IMG/VR virus record: IMGVR_UViG_3300024346_006511
Coordinates: 92,127-156,126 of that record
Reading direction: 5' to 3' (one strand)
DNA length: 64,000 nt
Source of the DNA: a virus
Each line of letters starts with the position of its first letter. The stretch's first letter is position 1. A model generated the notes under the pieces. It ran no database searches and was not told the origin of the DNA. It worked only from the letters and a program-made list of their open reading frames with translations. Positions 18,794 to 27,902 of the stretch are shown one piece after another. A program made the translations under genes and the position numbers.

Positions 18794-19839
18794 ACTAATG
18801 TCGAATAAGTGTTTAATGACTTTACATACTCTCTCAATATTCTATCTTTACCTTCGTTTATAAAATTATAAGGTACTGGTCTCATTCTCTGAATTGATGA
18901 TAACCATGTTGAATGTGGGGCACCAACTATAAAATTAGAGTTAGCTAAACACATCATATCTATTACGCTTTCTAGTGCAATTCTTTTAGAGCACTCAACA
19001 TCTTCTAAGTTTACATTCTTTGTTAAGTAAGAAGGTAGTGAATTAATTACATCTCTTCTTGTATATATTCTTGCATTAAATTTTGTTTTAAGATGTATAT
19101 ATTCCTTTTCTAATAAGTCACAACTAATATAAAACTTTTGATTTGGTGTTTGTTCTAGTATTTCTTTTATTAAAGCTGCGTATTTGCTATCTTCCCAGTA
19201 CTTGTAAATTGTATCATCTACTTGTGTATATTGAATATTATCTCTAACACTATCAGGAAGTTCTTTATAATTTTTATTTGTTTTGTATACTCCGTTTCCT
19301 CTTCTTATATGAAGACCTACACACCCTGTAGCTATTTGTCTGATAGCAGATCTTAGTTGGTGGTCTTTAATTTTTACACGGTGAAGTCCAGTAGGAATTT
19401 CTTTCTCATCTGCTCTAGCTAAAATCTTATCGATACAGGACCAATCAAAATCCACAACATATCTATTTTCTGGAAGATCGTAGTCTATGTAATCAGAAGT
19501 GTTCAGAAACTTATCCACTTCTTCGTTGCCTATTACTGGCAATTTAGTAATCTCTTTAGTATCGTAATTGAAATCGTAATTAGCTAACCAATCAGTTACT
19601 TCATCGTCATCACCTTCTAGTTTATAAATCTTTTCTGCTGGGAATTCTAAGTACTCGGTTTCATGCCAATACTTGTGTTCTAGTTGTAAGAAATGGTCTG
19701 TAGTAGAAGCGTTCTCTAAAACATAACAGGCATCCCAGTGTAGTAACCTATTGCCGAATCCTGTATCATAAGGTGTGTGTCCACCACCCCATGGTTCTTT
19801 AACTCTAATATACCTTCTATTTATAGGATCTTTTGCCAT
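18790..19839 (-). CDS. Fucosyltransferase-like GT-B enzyme (GT11/GT23/NodZ-type)
   Basis: GFGNRL, VGLHIRRG, FYISCD, DMMCLANSNFIVG...STW. Confidence 0.7.
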   Translation of the reverse strand: MAKDPINRRYIRVKEPWGGGHTPYDTGFGNRLLHWDACYVLENASTTDHFLQLEHKYWHETEYLEFPAEKIYKLEGDDDEVTDWLANYDFNYDTKEITKLPVIGNEEVDKFLNTSDYIDYDLPENRYVVDFDWSCIDKILARADEKEIPTGLHRVKIKDHQLRSAIRQIATGCVGLHIRRGNGVYKTNKNYKELPDSVRDNIQYTQVDDTIYKYWEDSKYAALIKEILEQTPNQKFYISCDLLEKEYIHLKTKFNARIYTRRDVINSLPSYLTKNVNLEDVECSKRIALESVIDMMCLANSNFIVGAPHSTWLSSIQRMRPVPYNFINEGKDRILREYVKSLNTYSTLV

Positions 19840-21344
19840 TTTACTTTCCCTTTGCTTTTTTTATTTCTCTCTGCTATTGCAGGTGGTAATGTTTGTTGTT
19901 TTTTCTTTCCTATATCTGGTTTATATTCTCCTGATTCGAAGTGAGTAATCCTACCGTCGTTTACTTTAACATCAGGTATTGATTGATCTACTTCTATAGT
20001 GTCGTACCATTCAACTAAGTCGGGGAAAGCTTCCCTAATGTCATGTCCTTTTCTTTTATCATATTGTTCATAAAAAGATTTAAAATCATGATAATGTTTT
20101 TCTTTATCTTCTTCTGTTTCTACATGACCTTGCTCTACTACATCAATATAGTCTATTAATCTTTCGATTTGAGCTTTTTCATGATCCATCATCAATGGAT
20201 GATCTTTTTTAATTTCGTACCAATCAGCTAATTTTTTATGTAGTTTCTTTTTTTCACTATCTGGTAAGTTTAATGGCGACATAAATGCTGGCCATCTAAG
20301 TATGTTCAAATCAATACCTGGGTTATTCATACCGTATTTTTCCTTAAGTACGAACATATCATCCATAAATTCAGTTATAGAATATAGACATAATGAGTTG
20401 ATAGTCATCATACAAATTACTTGTCTGAAGTTTCCTTCTTCTATTACTTTAACTAGATTATTTCTCCATACATCCCATACTAACCCATCTCTAATATATT
20501 CTGCTTGTATACCAAATGCTTCACAAGAAGTATATAAATCAAACTCTTTAATAGGGAGTGTATTAGACATATCAATTAACTTATTAATTAACTTATCATG
20601 TACTCCAAGATTAGAGTTAACAGCTAGTCTAAGATTAGGTGCAGGTGTTTTCTGCATAGTCTCTAAAAACTTCCAGAAGTTAAACGATGCAGAAGGTTCT
20701 CCACCGGTTACTCTAAGTTCCTGCAAGCCAGGAGCAAGTGTTGGCCACCATTCTATAAATGCATCTACATATGGATTATCTTTATTATTCTTACCAAAGA
20801 TATCTGCCCATGAACCATCTGAATGATATGCTCCTGCTGATGTTGTTTTAAATTTCTGATAAGGACCGTTTTCTTCTATGTCCTTAGCCCATGTAGTTGA
20901 GTACCCAGTATTACAATACGAACAAGCAAAGTTACAAGTTCTATCAAAAGATACTTCTACGGTCTTTAAAGGTATGTCATAATCCCATGGCAGTTCAGCT
21001 AGTTCAGCTATATCTTCATCAGAGTATATTCTACTCTTAAAAACTCTATCTCCTATTGAGTCGTTTCCTATATCTTCTACTTTCCAACAATATGAACACT
21101 CTGCTGGTCTAACACCTTCAAGCATCATTTTACGTATCTTCTTTTTGAAAGCAGTATTATGTAATGCTGAAGGATTAGTTTTAATCTCTTCTAAATCTAT
21201 TGGATGAGGTAAAGGTAGGTGACAGGAGTTAGTAAACCCATGTCCTAAATGTAAAGATGCATTGTACCATTTTGCAGCACAAAAACTTTCACTAACAGAA
21301 TCTAAATGTTCTGTTCTCCATTTTACTAAGTTCTGATCTGCCAT
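19821..21344 (-). CDS. Radical SAM enzyme with N-terminal twitch/SPASM-like cysteine cluster, paralog 2
   Basis: CAAKW...SCH...CSYCW, then CNFACSYC and TGGEP. Confidence 0.85.
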   Translation of the reverse strand: MADQNLVKWRTEHLDSVSESFCAAKWYNASLHLGHGFTNSCHLPLPHPIDLEEIKTNPSALHNTAFKKKIRKMMLEGVRPAECSYCWKVEDIGNDSIGDRVFKSRIYSDEDIAELAELPWDYDIPLKTVEVSFDRTCNFACSYCNTGYSTTWAKDIEENGPYQKFKTTSAGAYHSDGSWADIFGKNNKDNPYVDAFIEWWPTLAPGLQELRVTGGEPSASFNFWKFLETMQKTPAPNLRLAVNSNLGVHDKLINKLIDMSNTLPIKEFDLYTSCEAFGIQAEYIRDGLVWDVWRNNLVKVIEEGNFRQVICMMTINSLCLYSITEFMDDMFVLKEKYGMNNPGIDLNILRWPAFMSPLNLPDSEKKKLHKKLADWYEIKKDHPLMMDHEKAQIERLIDYIDVVEQGHVETEEDKEKHYHDFKSFYEQYDKRKGHDIREAFPDLVEWYDTIEVDQSIPDVKVNDGRITHFESGEYKPDIGKKKQQTLPPAIAERNKKSKGKVKWQKIL

Positions 21345-21931
21345 TATATTTTATTCATAAAGTTACAATCTCCAGTTAAATCAACTGATTTATCGTATAT
21401 ATACTCTTCAAAGGTGTGATGGCAAAGTAACTTATCTTCTTGCGTAACCTTAAATTCGTACAACTCTATATCAGTATAGTTTAAATTATATCCATTTTTA
21501 GGGAAGTTTCCTGCCCCAAATATTATATGAGGATCCATTTCAGTTGCAAATGCCTTTTCAGTCAAATCAACCTTGTGTACCTCTCTACTATTAATAAATA
21601 CCGTAAAACTTTGGTTTGGAATGTGCTTCCATGTAATTTTTAACCTTACATCGTCAAATACGGCAAAAGGTAAATCCCAGTACTCTGTTTTCTTATCCTC
21701 ATTCATCATCGTAAACAGTAACCTACCTTCGTATATATCGATTGCTGTATAGTGAGGAAGCAATGTAAAAAGAGTTCCTATAATACCTTCTACCTTCTTG
21801 ATTTTCATATCTACATATACTTCAAAAGGATTCAACCCAGTAAGTACTTTATTTGCAGGATATTCTGGAAAGGTATCACATATATGACTTGGCCAAAAGA
21901 CCCATGGATTACCACTACTTATATTTAGCAT
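21344..21931 (-). CDS. Hypothetical protein, possibly stand-alone LamG/ConA-like domain
   Basis: Beta-rich; FTVFINS...IIFGAG...LYEFKV...HHTFEE...DLTGDCN resembles a LamG C-terminal pattern. Confidence 0.45.
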   Translation of the reverse strand: MLNISSGNPWVFWPSHICDTFPEYPANKVLTGLNPFEVYVDMKIKKVEGIIGTLFTLLPHYTAIDIYEGRLLFTMMNEDKKTEYWDLPFAVFDDVRLKITWKHIPNQSFTVFINSREVHKVDLTEKAFATEMDPHIIFGAGNFPKNGYNLNYTDIELYEFKVTQEDKLLCHHTFEEYIYDKSVDLTGDCNFMNKI

Positions 21932-23288
21932 ACATTTTATCTAATTTAGGAAAAGTCTCTAAGAAATTAGTTCCTCTTCTCTTATCTAATTCATCAACAA
22001 ATATTACAAAGTCTTCTCTATTCTTTTCTTTATCGTAAAGAGCACTATGAGCTTTCGAATAATCGTATATTCGCTTTATCTTTTGTATCTCAACATTTGT
22101 AAAACCATATGCCTCGTGACTAAACTCTTTCTGACCATAGTATAAAGCTTTCTTTGCAGCTTCGAGTATAAGTTCCTTATGCTCTTCTTCCAATATACGA
22201 ACTGAAAGGTGATTAGGCCACCTTAAGTACGAAGTATCTAGTTGAATAGCTGAAATACTGTATCTCTGACCATTGTGGTACTTCTTTTTAATCTCAAATA
22301 TCTTATCTACTAACTCTCCGTAAGTAAAAACAGATAAAGCATTAAAAGTAGCCATAACATTAATCGTTACTTTAGGTAATTCAGTAAGTATCTTTTCTAC
22401 ATTTACCCAGAATTTATCATAATCCAGTCCATACCTAGTATATTCAGCTTGTGACTTAGTAGCTTCGACAGATGTAAATACTACTAATTCTTTTACCTTA
22501 TCGTTTTCACATATGACTTTTGCTTTTTCAATAAACTTATCAATTAAAGCATCGGGTACTCCAAGATTAGTATTAATTGATAGAGCTAACTCTGTGTTAG
22601 GTTCTTCTTGTTCGATTATATAGTCTAATACCTTAAAGGTATCCTTCGCAAGTAGAGGCTCTCCTCCAGTTATTCTGAATGTATGTAGATCTCTGTATAA
22701 ATCTGGCCACCATTTCCAAAATGCATCTACGTAAGGATTATGCTCGGAGTGCTTATACGGCATTTCACCTTTCGCTCTTAATTGTTCTATACCGTTAAAT
22801 TTGGTAGAAGTTGGATATGCTCCATGCTTCTCAATTTCATCAACCCATTTAGATGAGAATTGTGGACCACAGTAAGCACATTTAAAATTACATGTATTTG
22901 AAAAAGATACCTCTACGTAGCGAGGATTAAAATCATCTCTCCAGTTAGCCTTAACGATATCATCATAACTTTTGATAGACCAAGGCTCTGAAGATTTAAA
23001 TACTCTATCTGAAAATGAGTTAGAGTTATCTTCTACGTTCCAACAGTAATTACACTCTTCAGGTCTTTTACCTTCAAGCATCTCTTTCCTCTTAAATTTT
23101 TTAAATTTAGTATTGTGAAGAGCTGTTGGATTACGTTTTATTTCTGCTTCTTTTATTTTATGAGGAGAAGGGTGATGGCAAGAATGAGTCATACCCATAG
23201 ACAGGTGGATAGTAGATTGTGTCCATTTTGCAAGACACATACCACAGCCTACTTTATCTAACTTCCCTTTTACTTCTTCTGATGTCAT
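21915..23288 (-). CDS. Radical SAM enzyme with N-terminal twitch/SPASM-like cysteine cluster, paralog 1
   Basis: CGMCLAKW...SCHH...CNYCW, then CNFKCAYC and TGGEP. Confidence 0.85.
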   Translation of the reverse strand: MTSEEVKGKLDKVGCGMCLAKWTQSTIHLSMGMTHSCHHPSPHKIKEAEIKRNPTALHNTKFKKFKRKEMLEGKRPEECNYCWNVEDNSNSFSDRVFKSSEPWSIKSYDDIVKANWRDDFNPRYVEVSFSNTCNFKCAYCGPQFSSKWVDEIEKHGAYPTSTKFNGIEQLRAKGEMPYKHSEHNPYVDAFWKWWPDLYRDLHTFRITGGEPLLAKDTFKVLDYIIEQEEPNTELALSINTNLGVPDALIDKFIEKAKVICENDKVKELVVFTSVEATKSQAEYTRYGLDYDKFWVNVEKILTELPKVTINVMATFNALSVFTYGELVDKIFEIKKKYHNGQRYSISAIQLDTSYLRWPNHLSVRILEEEHKELILEAAKKALYYGQKEFSHEAYGFTNVEIQKIKRIYDYSKAHSALYDKEKNREDFVIFVDELDKRRGTNFLETFPKLDKMYAKYK

Positions 23289-24700
23289 AGTTTTATATTG
23301 ATCATTTTAGCCCAAGGTGTTAGTATGTCTTCACCTACTAGTTCATATTTAAGTGAGTTTATTCCATCTAATTTATAATCGATTTCATCTTGTTGCATTT
23401 GAAGTACATATCTACGCTCGTTTCTTGCTGTTGTTTCTCCTTTTGCGAACTTTCCGTTAACGATTCCTTCATCTTTGTGAGGTAAACATCTAAATCTACC
23501 GTCAGATCTATAAGGTAATATTGAGTTTGGTATTTTAATGTCCTCTACTTTTGTTTCAGTCATATACTCTTGAAACTCAGTTTGAGGATTTTTAAAATCT
23601 ATATCAATAGTTAACTCGTCTTTAGGTATAGTAGTCTCTAAGTTACTCACCTCTTTAGGTGTTAAAGCTCTTTTCCACGCAAACACCTTAGCAATATCTC
23701 CTTTGAAGAATTTTATAGTACTATCATCCGGTTCTGAAGGTGATGTACCGATATACCATGGCTCTGAACCGTAGTTCTTTAATCTACCTTGAAACTCTAA
23801 TGGTGATTGAGAACCGAATCCTCCTCTAGTATCTACTTCTGAGCCATTAAGGTAGAAGTGTGATTTTCTATCCATCGAATCAAATACAGCAGTCACCCAA
23901 GTCCATTGTTCATCGTATCTTTTTACCCACATATAGTTATGTTGATGAAAGTTGTTCCAATACGTTAACGAAATGGCTCTAGAATTATTAAATCCAATAC
24001 CGTAATCATATCCTTTAACCCTTATAACTGGGTATTCAACATATTTTCTTTCGTTACTACCGATCAAGAATATAGGGTTCTTATCAGGTTGCTGTCTAGC
24101 TCTCATTAATACCGAAACTGTGTGTGATCTAGAGTTTAGGGATCTCATAGGTTTAGTAAACGGTACTTTGATAAATGAATTATCTCCATTAAACCTCTTA
24201 TAGGGTTGAGAGGTGAGAGATTCTTGAATATATGTGTTATTAGTTAGACCTTCTTTATTACATCTCCAAAATAGATCATCGTCTTCCATTCCCCAATCCC
24301 AATATTCATTAGAATATCCATTAGTGGCTTCTACTTGTTCTTTTGAAAATACTACAGCTCCACCAAAATACTCATGGTATTTAAGACCGTAGTTCATTTG
24401 TGATATCTGTGTAGCAATGTGCCTAGGACCATCTTCTGGAAAGGAGTAGTCTGCACCACCACCTTTTTCAGGTATCATATCTATATCATGCCATACAATA
24501 TGTGTACATCCTTCTTCGAAAGCATGTTTAGCAGCAATGTTTTTAGTTGCTCCTCTATTGAATAATTTATCATCTACTTGATGACAAAAGTACATTTGAA
24601 AATCGATATTTTGCTCTTTTAAGTACTTACCTACTTTAGGTATAAACTCGTTAAGGTGCATTTCTCTATTACGATAAGGTACACATACTCCTAATTTCAT
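23285..24700 (-). CDS. GT7 (beta-1,4-galactosyltransferase-like) with inserted LamG domain, paralog 2
   Basis: VPYRNR, FNRG, HDID, YFGG, WGMEDDD; LamG-like middle; C-terminal GRFRCLPH...DGINSLKY. Confidence 0.85.
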   Translation of the reverse strand: MKLGVCVPYRNREMHLNEFIPKVGKYLKEQNIDFQMYFCHQVDDKLFNRGATKNIAAKHAFEEGCTHIVWHDIDMIPEKGGGADYSFPEDGPRHIATQISQMNYGLKYHEYFGGAVVFSKEQVEATNGYSNEYWDWGMEDDDLFWRCNKEGLTNNTYIQESLTSQPYKRFNGDNSFIKVPFTKPMRSLNSRSHTVSVLMRARQQPDKNPIFLIGSNERKYVEYPVIRVKGYDYGIGFNNSRAISLTYWNNFHQHNYMWVKRYDEQWTWVTAVFDSMDRKSHFYLNGSEVDTRGGFGSQSPLEFQGRLKNYGSEPWYIGTSPSEPDDSTIKFFKGDIAKVFAWKRALTPKEVSNLETTIPKDELTIDIDFKNPQTEFQEYMTETKVEDIKIPNSILPYRSDGRFRCLPHKDEGIVNGKFAKGETTARNERRYVLQMQQDEIDYKLDGINSLKYELVGEDILTPWAKMINIKL

Positions 24701-26097
24701 AATTTAACTGTTAATTGGGTTATATTTCTAACATTTGAGTTAGATAGTATCCTATATTTTAATGTAGTTAAGCCATCTTGTTCTAAAGTAGTAGATCCGT
24801 ACATAACTTCATTCATGAACTTTAACTGATTATACCTGGTTGTAATGTCTTTCCATCCTGTTGTCAAGAATCCATTATCCTCGTGATCTAAGGTCTTGTA
24901 ATCACTAGTTCTTCTGAATGGTACTTTAAGTACTCTATGTTTAGGTAAGTCGTATTGAACAACTTCACAGTCTACTATTTGACTATGCTCCTCTAGCTTA
25001 GCTATATCGATTAACTTATACTCTTTTATAAATTTAGCGTCTCCATATGATACTAAATTACCAGCACTTTGGTAGCTTTCAAAGTTATCTGCTAATCCAA
25101 AGTATTTGTTGTTTTGAACAGTAACTATTTCTTCATACGTTAATGCTTTATTCCATACAGCATAGGTATTAATATACCCTTTGAAAAAGTTATTATCTTC
25201 TTCTCTATCTGGGTCTGTACATCCTATATAAGCTTTACCTGCTTTATCGTATAGTCTCATAGGATTTTTTAATACCTCCGTACCTATGTGTTTAGCATTT
25301 TGGTATAATGAAGCAGTGTTTTTCTCTTTATTATATACAAAAGTTAACGTAGTCTTGACATTAGGTACTATATTAGAGTATATAAAATGGTGGTTCTTTT
25401 TGCTATCAAAAAACTCAACAGCAAATCTCCTAAAACTCGTATACATTATATTAAAGTCAAAACCTGGTATGCCAAAGGCTACGTACTTATCTTCTCTCTT
25501 ATTAGAGTCTAATGTATAACCTTTAGGTTCTAATGAAATATGTATAGAAAAATCACCTCTGGTTCTAATCCTATTAGGAACTTCAACATAAGAACTAACT
25601 CCGTTTAATTTTAAAGCTGCTGTGTTAGGGCCAGCATCATTTAGAGGAAGCTCGTCTAGCTTAATTCCTTTAAGTCTACATCTATGCAGTAAGTCATCAT
25701 CTTCAAATCCCCATCCCCAATACCTATTAGAAAAACCATTTATCTTTTTAAAGTCTTCTACTGGAAACATTGTTATGCCTCCAAAGTATTCCTCAAACGG
25801 TATATCTTGTGTAGCTAAATGTACAGGGTGATCAGCGTAAGAATAGTCCACTTTCTTAGGTAACATATCTACGTCGTGAAATACGACATAATCACATCCT
25901 AGTTTTTCTGCCTCTTGAAATCCTATGTTTAAAAGTTTACCTCTATTGAAAGATTGACTATCGTCTTGCTCTACTACTATTAGTTCATAAGGAATTTTTG
26001 CTCCATATAACTTAGCTTGGATAAGCATTTTAAACTTCAAGAGATGATCGTACCTGTCTCTGTAAGGTACAATTACTCCGAGTTTATGTACTGCCAT
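24697..26097 (-). CDS. GT7 (beta-1,4-galactosyltransferase-like) with inserted LamG domain, paralog 1
   Basis: VPYRDR, FNRGKLLNIG, HDVD, NGFSNRYWGWGFEDDD; LamG-like middle; C-terminal DGLTTLKY. Confidence 0.88.
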   Translation of the reverse strand: MAVHKLGVIVPYRDRYDHLLKFKMLIQAKLYGAKIPYELIVVEQDDSQSFNRGKLLNIGFQEAEKLGCDYVVFHDVDMLPKKVDYSYADHPVHLATQDIPFEEYFGGITMFPVEDFKKINGFSNRYWGWGFEDDDLLHRCRLKGIKLDELPLNDAGPNTAALKLNGVSSYVEVPNRIRTRGDFSIHISLEPKGYTLDSNKREDKYVAFGIPGFDFNIMYTSFRRFAVEFFDSKKNHHFIYSNIVPNVKTTLTFVYNKEKNTASLYQNAKHIGTEVLKNPMRLYDKAGKAYIGCTDPDREEDNNFFKGYINTYAVWNKALTYEEIVTVQNNKYFGLADNFESYQSAGNLVSYGDAKFIKEYKLIDIAKLEEHSQIVDCEVVQYDLPKHRVLKVPFRRTSDYKTLDHEDNGFLTTGWKDITTRYNQLKFMNEVMYGSTTLEQDGLTTLKYRILSNSNVRNITQLTVKL

Positions 26098-26303
26098 TAT
26101 TTGTCCTTGCCTTCAGTTAGATTATTATGCCATTCTGATAAGTAAAACTGTATTCTTCCGTCCCAGTCTTCTTTGTCGATTTCTTCAAACCATACAGTTA
26201 GAGCATCTAATGATACAGCGATCTTCTCTAACGCTTTAGTTTTTCTTTCTTCGATTAGAACTTTTTCAGCTTCTAATACTTCTTTGTCGATTTTTGCACT
26301 CAT
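26097..26303 (-). CDS. Small hypothetical protein
   Basis: 68 aa; overlaps both neighbours at stop/start junctions. Confidence 0.65.
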   Translation of the reverse strand: MSAKIDKEVLEAEKVLIEERKTKALEKIAVSLDALTVWFEEIDKEDWDGRIQFYLSEWHNNLTEGKDK

Positions 26304-27139
26304 ATTGTTATTATTAATTTACGTAATTCATCCCAGTGTGGGTAGTCTTTATATTCAATATACGAATTTTCTTTTAAATTAGCAACTAAATATTCGGGTT
26401 TAGTTATATCTATTTTCCAATCTGTTCTTGCAATAGCTCTATACATTTTACTGTACTCCTTAGAGAATGCGTAATCTTTTTTTATTTCAGCAACTTCTAA
26501 CATTCTAGTTAAACATGTACTATCCCATTTAAAGTGATGAACCTGAGTGAATACTTCTTCTACTGGCATTCTTCTTGGGTGGCTAGATCCCCAGCTATTA
26601 GTACCGTCATTAAATGAAGCGTAATGTTGCCCGGGAGTAACTTCTTGATAACCTTTCATTAATGTACATTTATTAGGACAGGCTTTTGACATAGGGTATC
26701 TAAAGAATCCTGCTAAAGGAAATGCTTCGTGAATATTAGTGTCTGCTGTTACTTTAGGAAAAGTACCATCTATACCTATTCTATCTATGAACCCTCCTGT
26801 AACAAAGTCATATCCTTTTCTCTCACATTGCTCGATGATGTCTTCTATAGGTTCAGGGTATACCTGTAATTCATCATCATCTGATACAATCCACCAGTCA
26901 TTTGGTCGTTGACTTTTAACGTAGTTATATAATTCAGTAACTCTTTCCCAATTGTATTTAGCTTCTGTTACAACTAAATATGGTTCGATTCCTAGTGCTT
27001 GGATTTCTTCTAGAATCCCGTCATCATCTGAATGTCTGTAGACAACTACATATGCTTTGTCTATGACATTTTCGTAATGCTTTAACATATGCGGAAGCAT
27101 ATGAGTATTTTTTCCTACTACTGTAACTAAATTAAGCAC
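26300..27139 (-). CDS. GT-A fold glycosyltransferase (GT2-like)
   Basis: MLPHMLKHY, WWIVSDDDEL (DxD), VHHFKW. Confidence 0.7.
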   Translation of the reverse strand: MLNLVTVVGKNTHMLPHMLKHYENVIDKAYVVVYRHSDDDGILEEIQALGIEPYLVVTEAKYNWERVTELYNYVKSQRPNDWWIVSDDDELQVYPEPIEDIIEQCERKGYDFVTGGFIDRIGIDGTFPKVTADTNIHEAFPLAGFFRYPMSKACPNKCTLMKGYQEVTPGQHYASFNDGTNSWGSSHPRRMPVEEVFTQVHHFKWDSTCLTRMLEVAEIKKDYAFSKEYSKMYRAIARTDWKIDITKPEYLVANLKENSYIEYKDYPHWDELRKLIITI

Positions 27140-27902
27140 GTCTAAAAATTGTTAATCCGGTTGAACTTGGTTTTGTATTTAATATCCCATGGTTATGAAA
27201 GTCGAATCTTTGCCATTCATCAGATATTTCACTTATAAACTTAGAAGGTCCGTTTGCAAACTCTTCATGATTGTTTAGATCAGATACATCCTTAGTAACG
27301 ATGTGTTTATTAGCGTATCTTATATCTGTATCGTGAATTGATATAATACCATTAGGGTTTAAAAGTTTACTGTATAAGGTAAAGTCTTGTTTAACATTCT
27401 CATATGAATGTCCTGCGTCGATATGAAGGTAATCTATCTTAATATCCTCTTTGACAAAAAAATCATAATAAGCTTTTTCTGTTGTATCGTTAACTATTCT
27501 AGGGTGAAATATTTTTCTTAAGAAAGAGTCTTCTTTTAACCAATCTACTTCTCCTCCTATGCCGTTGGCAGCATCTACAATAAATGTAGCTCCAATATCT
27601 CCCCAACTAAAGTCTGGTTTACCTTCGAAAATGCCTTGCTCATGTAAATCTATTCTTGCTTGAGTCATTATACGGGGAATAAATCCAGCACCAGAACCTA
27701 AACATACGCAGTTCTTAGCTCTCATATTTTGAATCATAGCATAAATAAGTAACCCATCTCCTAAGTGATAGTCTGTAGCACCGTGGGTCCATCTATACTT
27801 TACAGCATCATGTTCTATAATAATTTTACCGTTCTGATCTTGTTTATAAACTTGATTGTTGGTAATTTTATCAAATACAAAATTTTTATCTACTATACTC
27901 AT
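27132..27902 (-). CDS. Class I SAM-dependent methyltransferase (Methyltransf_24-like)
   Basis: CLGSGAG, IDYLHIDAGHSYENVKQD, GIISIHD. Confidence 0.85.
   Translation of the reverse strand: MSIVDKNFVFDKITNNQVYKQDQNGKIIIEHDAVKYRWTHGATDYHLGDGLLIYAMIQNMRAKNCVCLGSGAGFIPRIMTQARIDLHEQGIFEGKPDFSWGDIGATFIVDAANGIGGEVDWLKEDSFLRKIFHPRIVNDTTEKAYYDFFVKEDIKIDYLHIDAGHSYENVKQDFTLYSKLLNPNGIISIHDTDIRYANKHIVTKDVSDLNNHEEFANGPSKFISEISDEWQRFDFHNHGILNTKPSSTGLTIFRRA

Noticed and set aside
19821-26303. Radical SAM/SPASM RiPP system with the 68-aa ORF as precursor
   Set aside because: The small ORF looks helical with no leader/core pattern; no RRE, peptidase or transporter seen; the context is sugar chemistry
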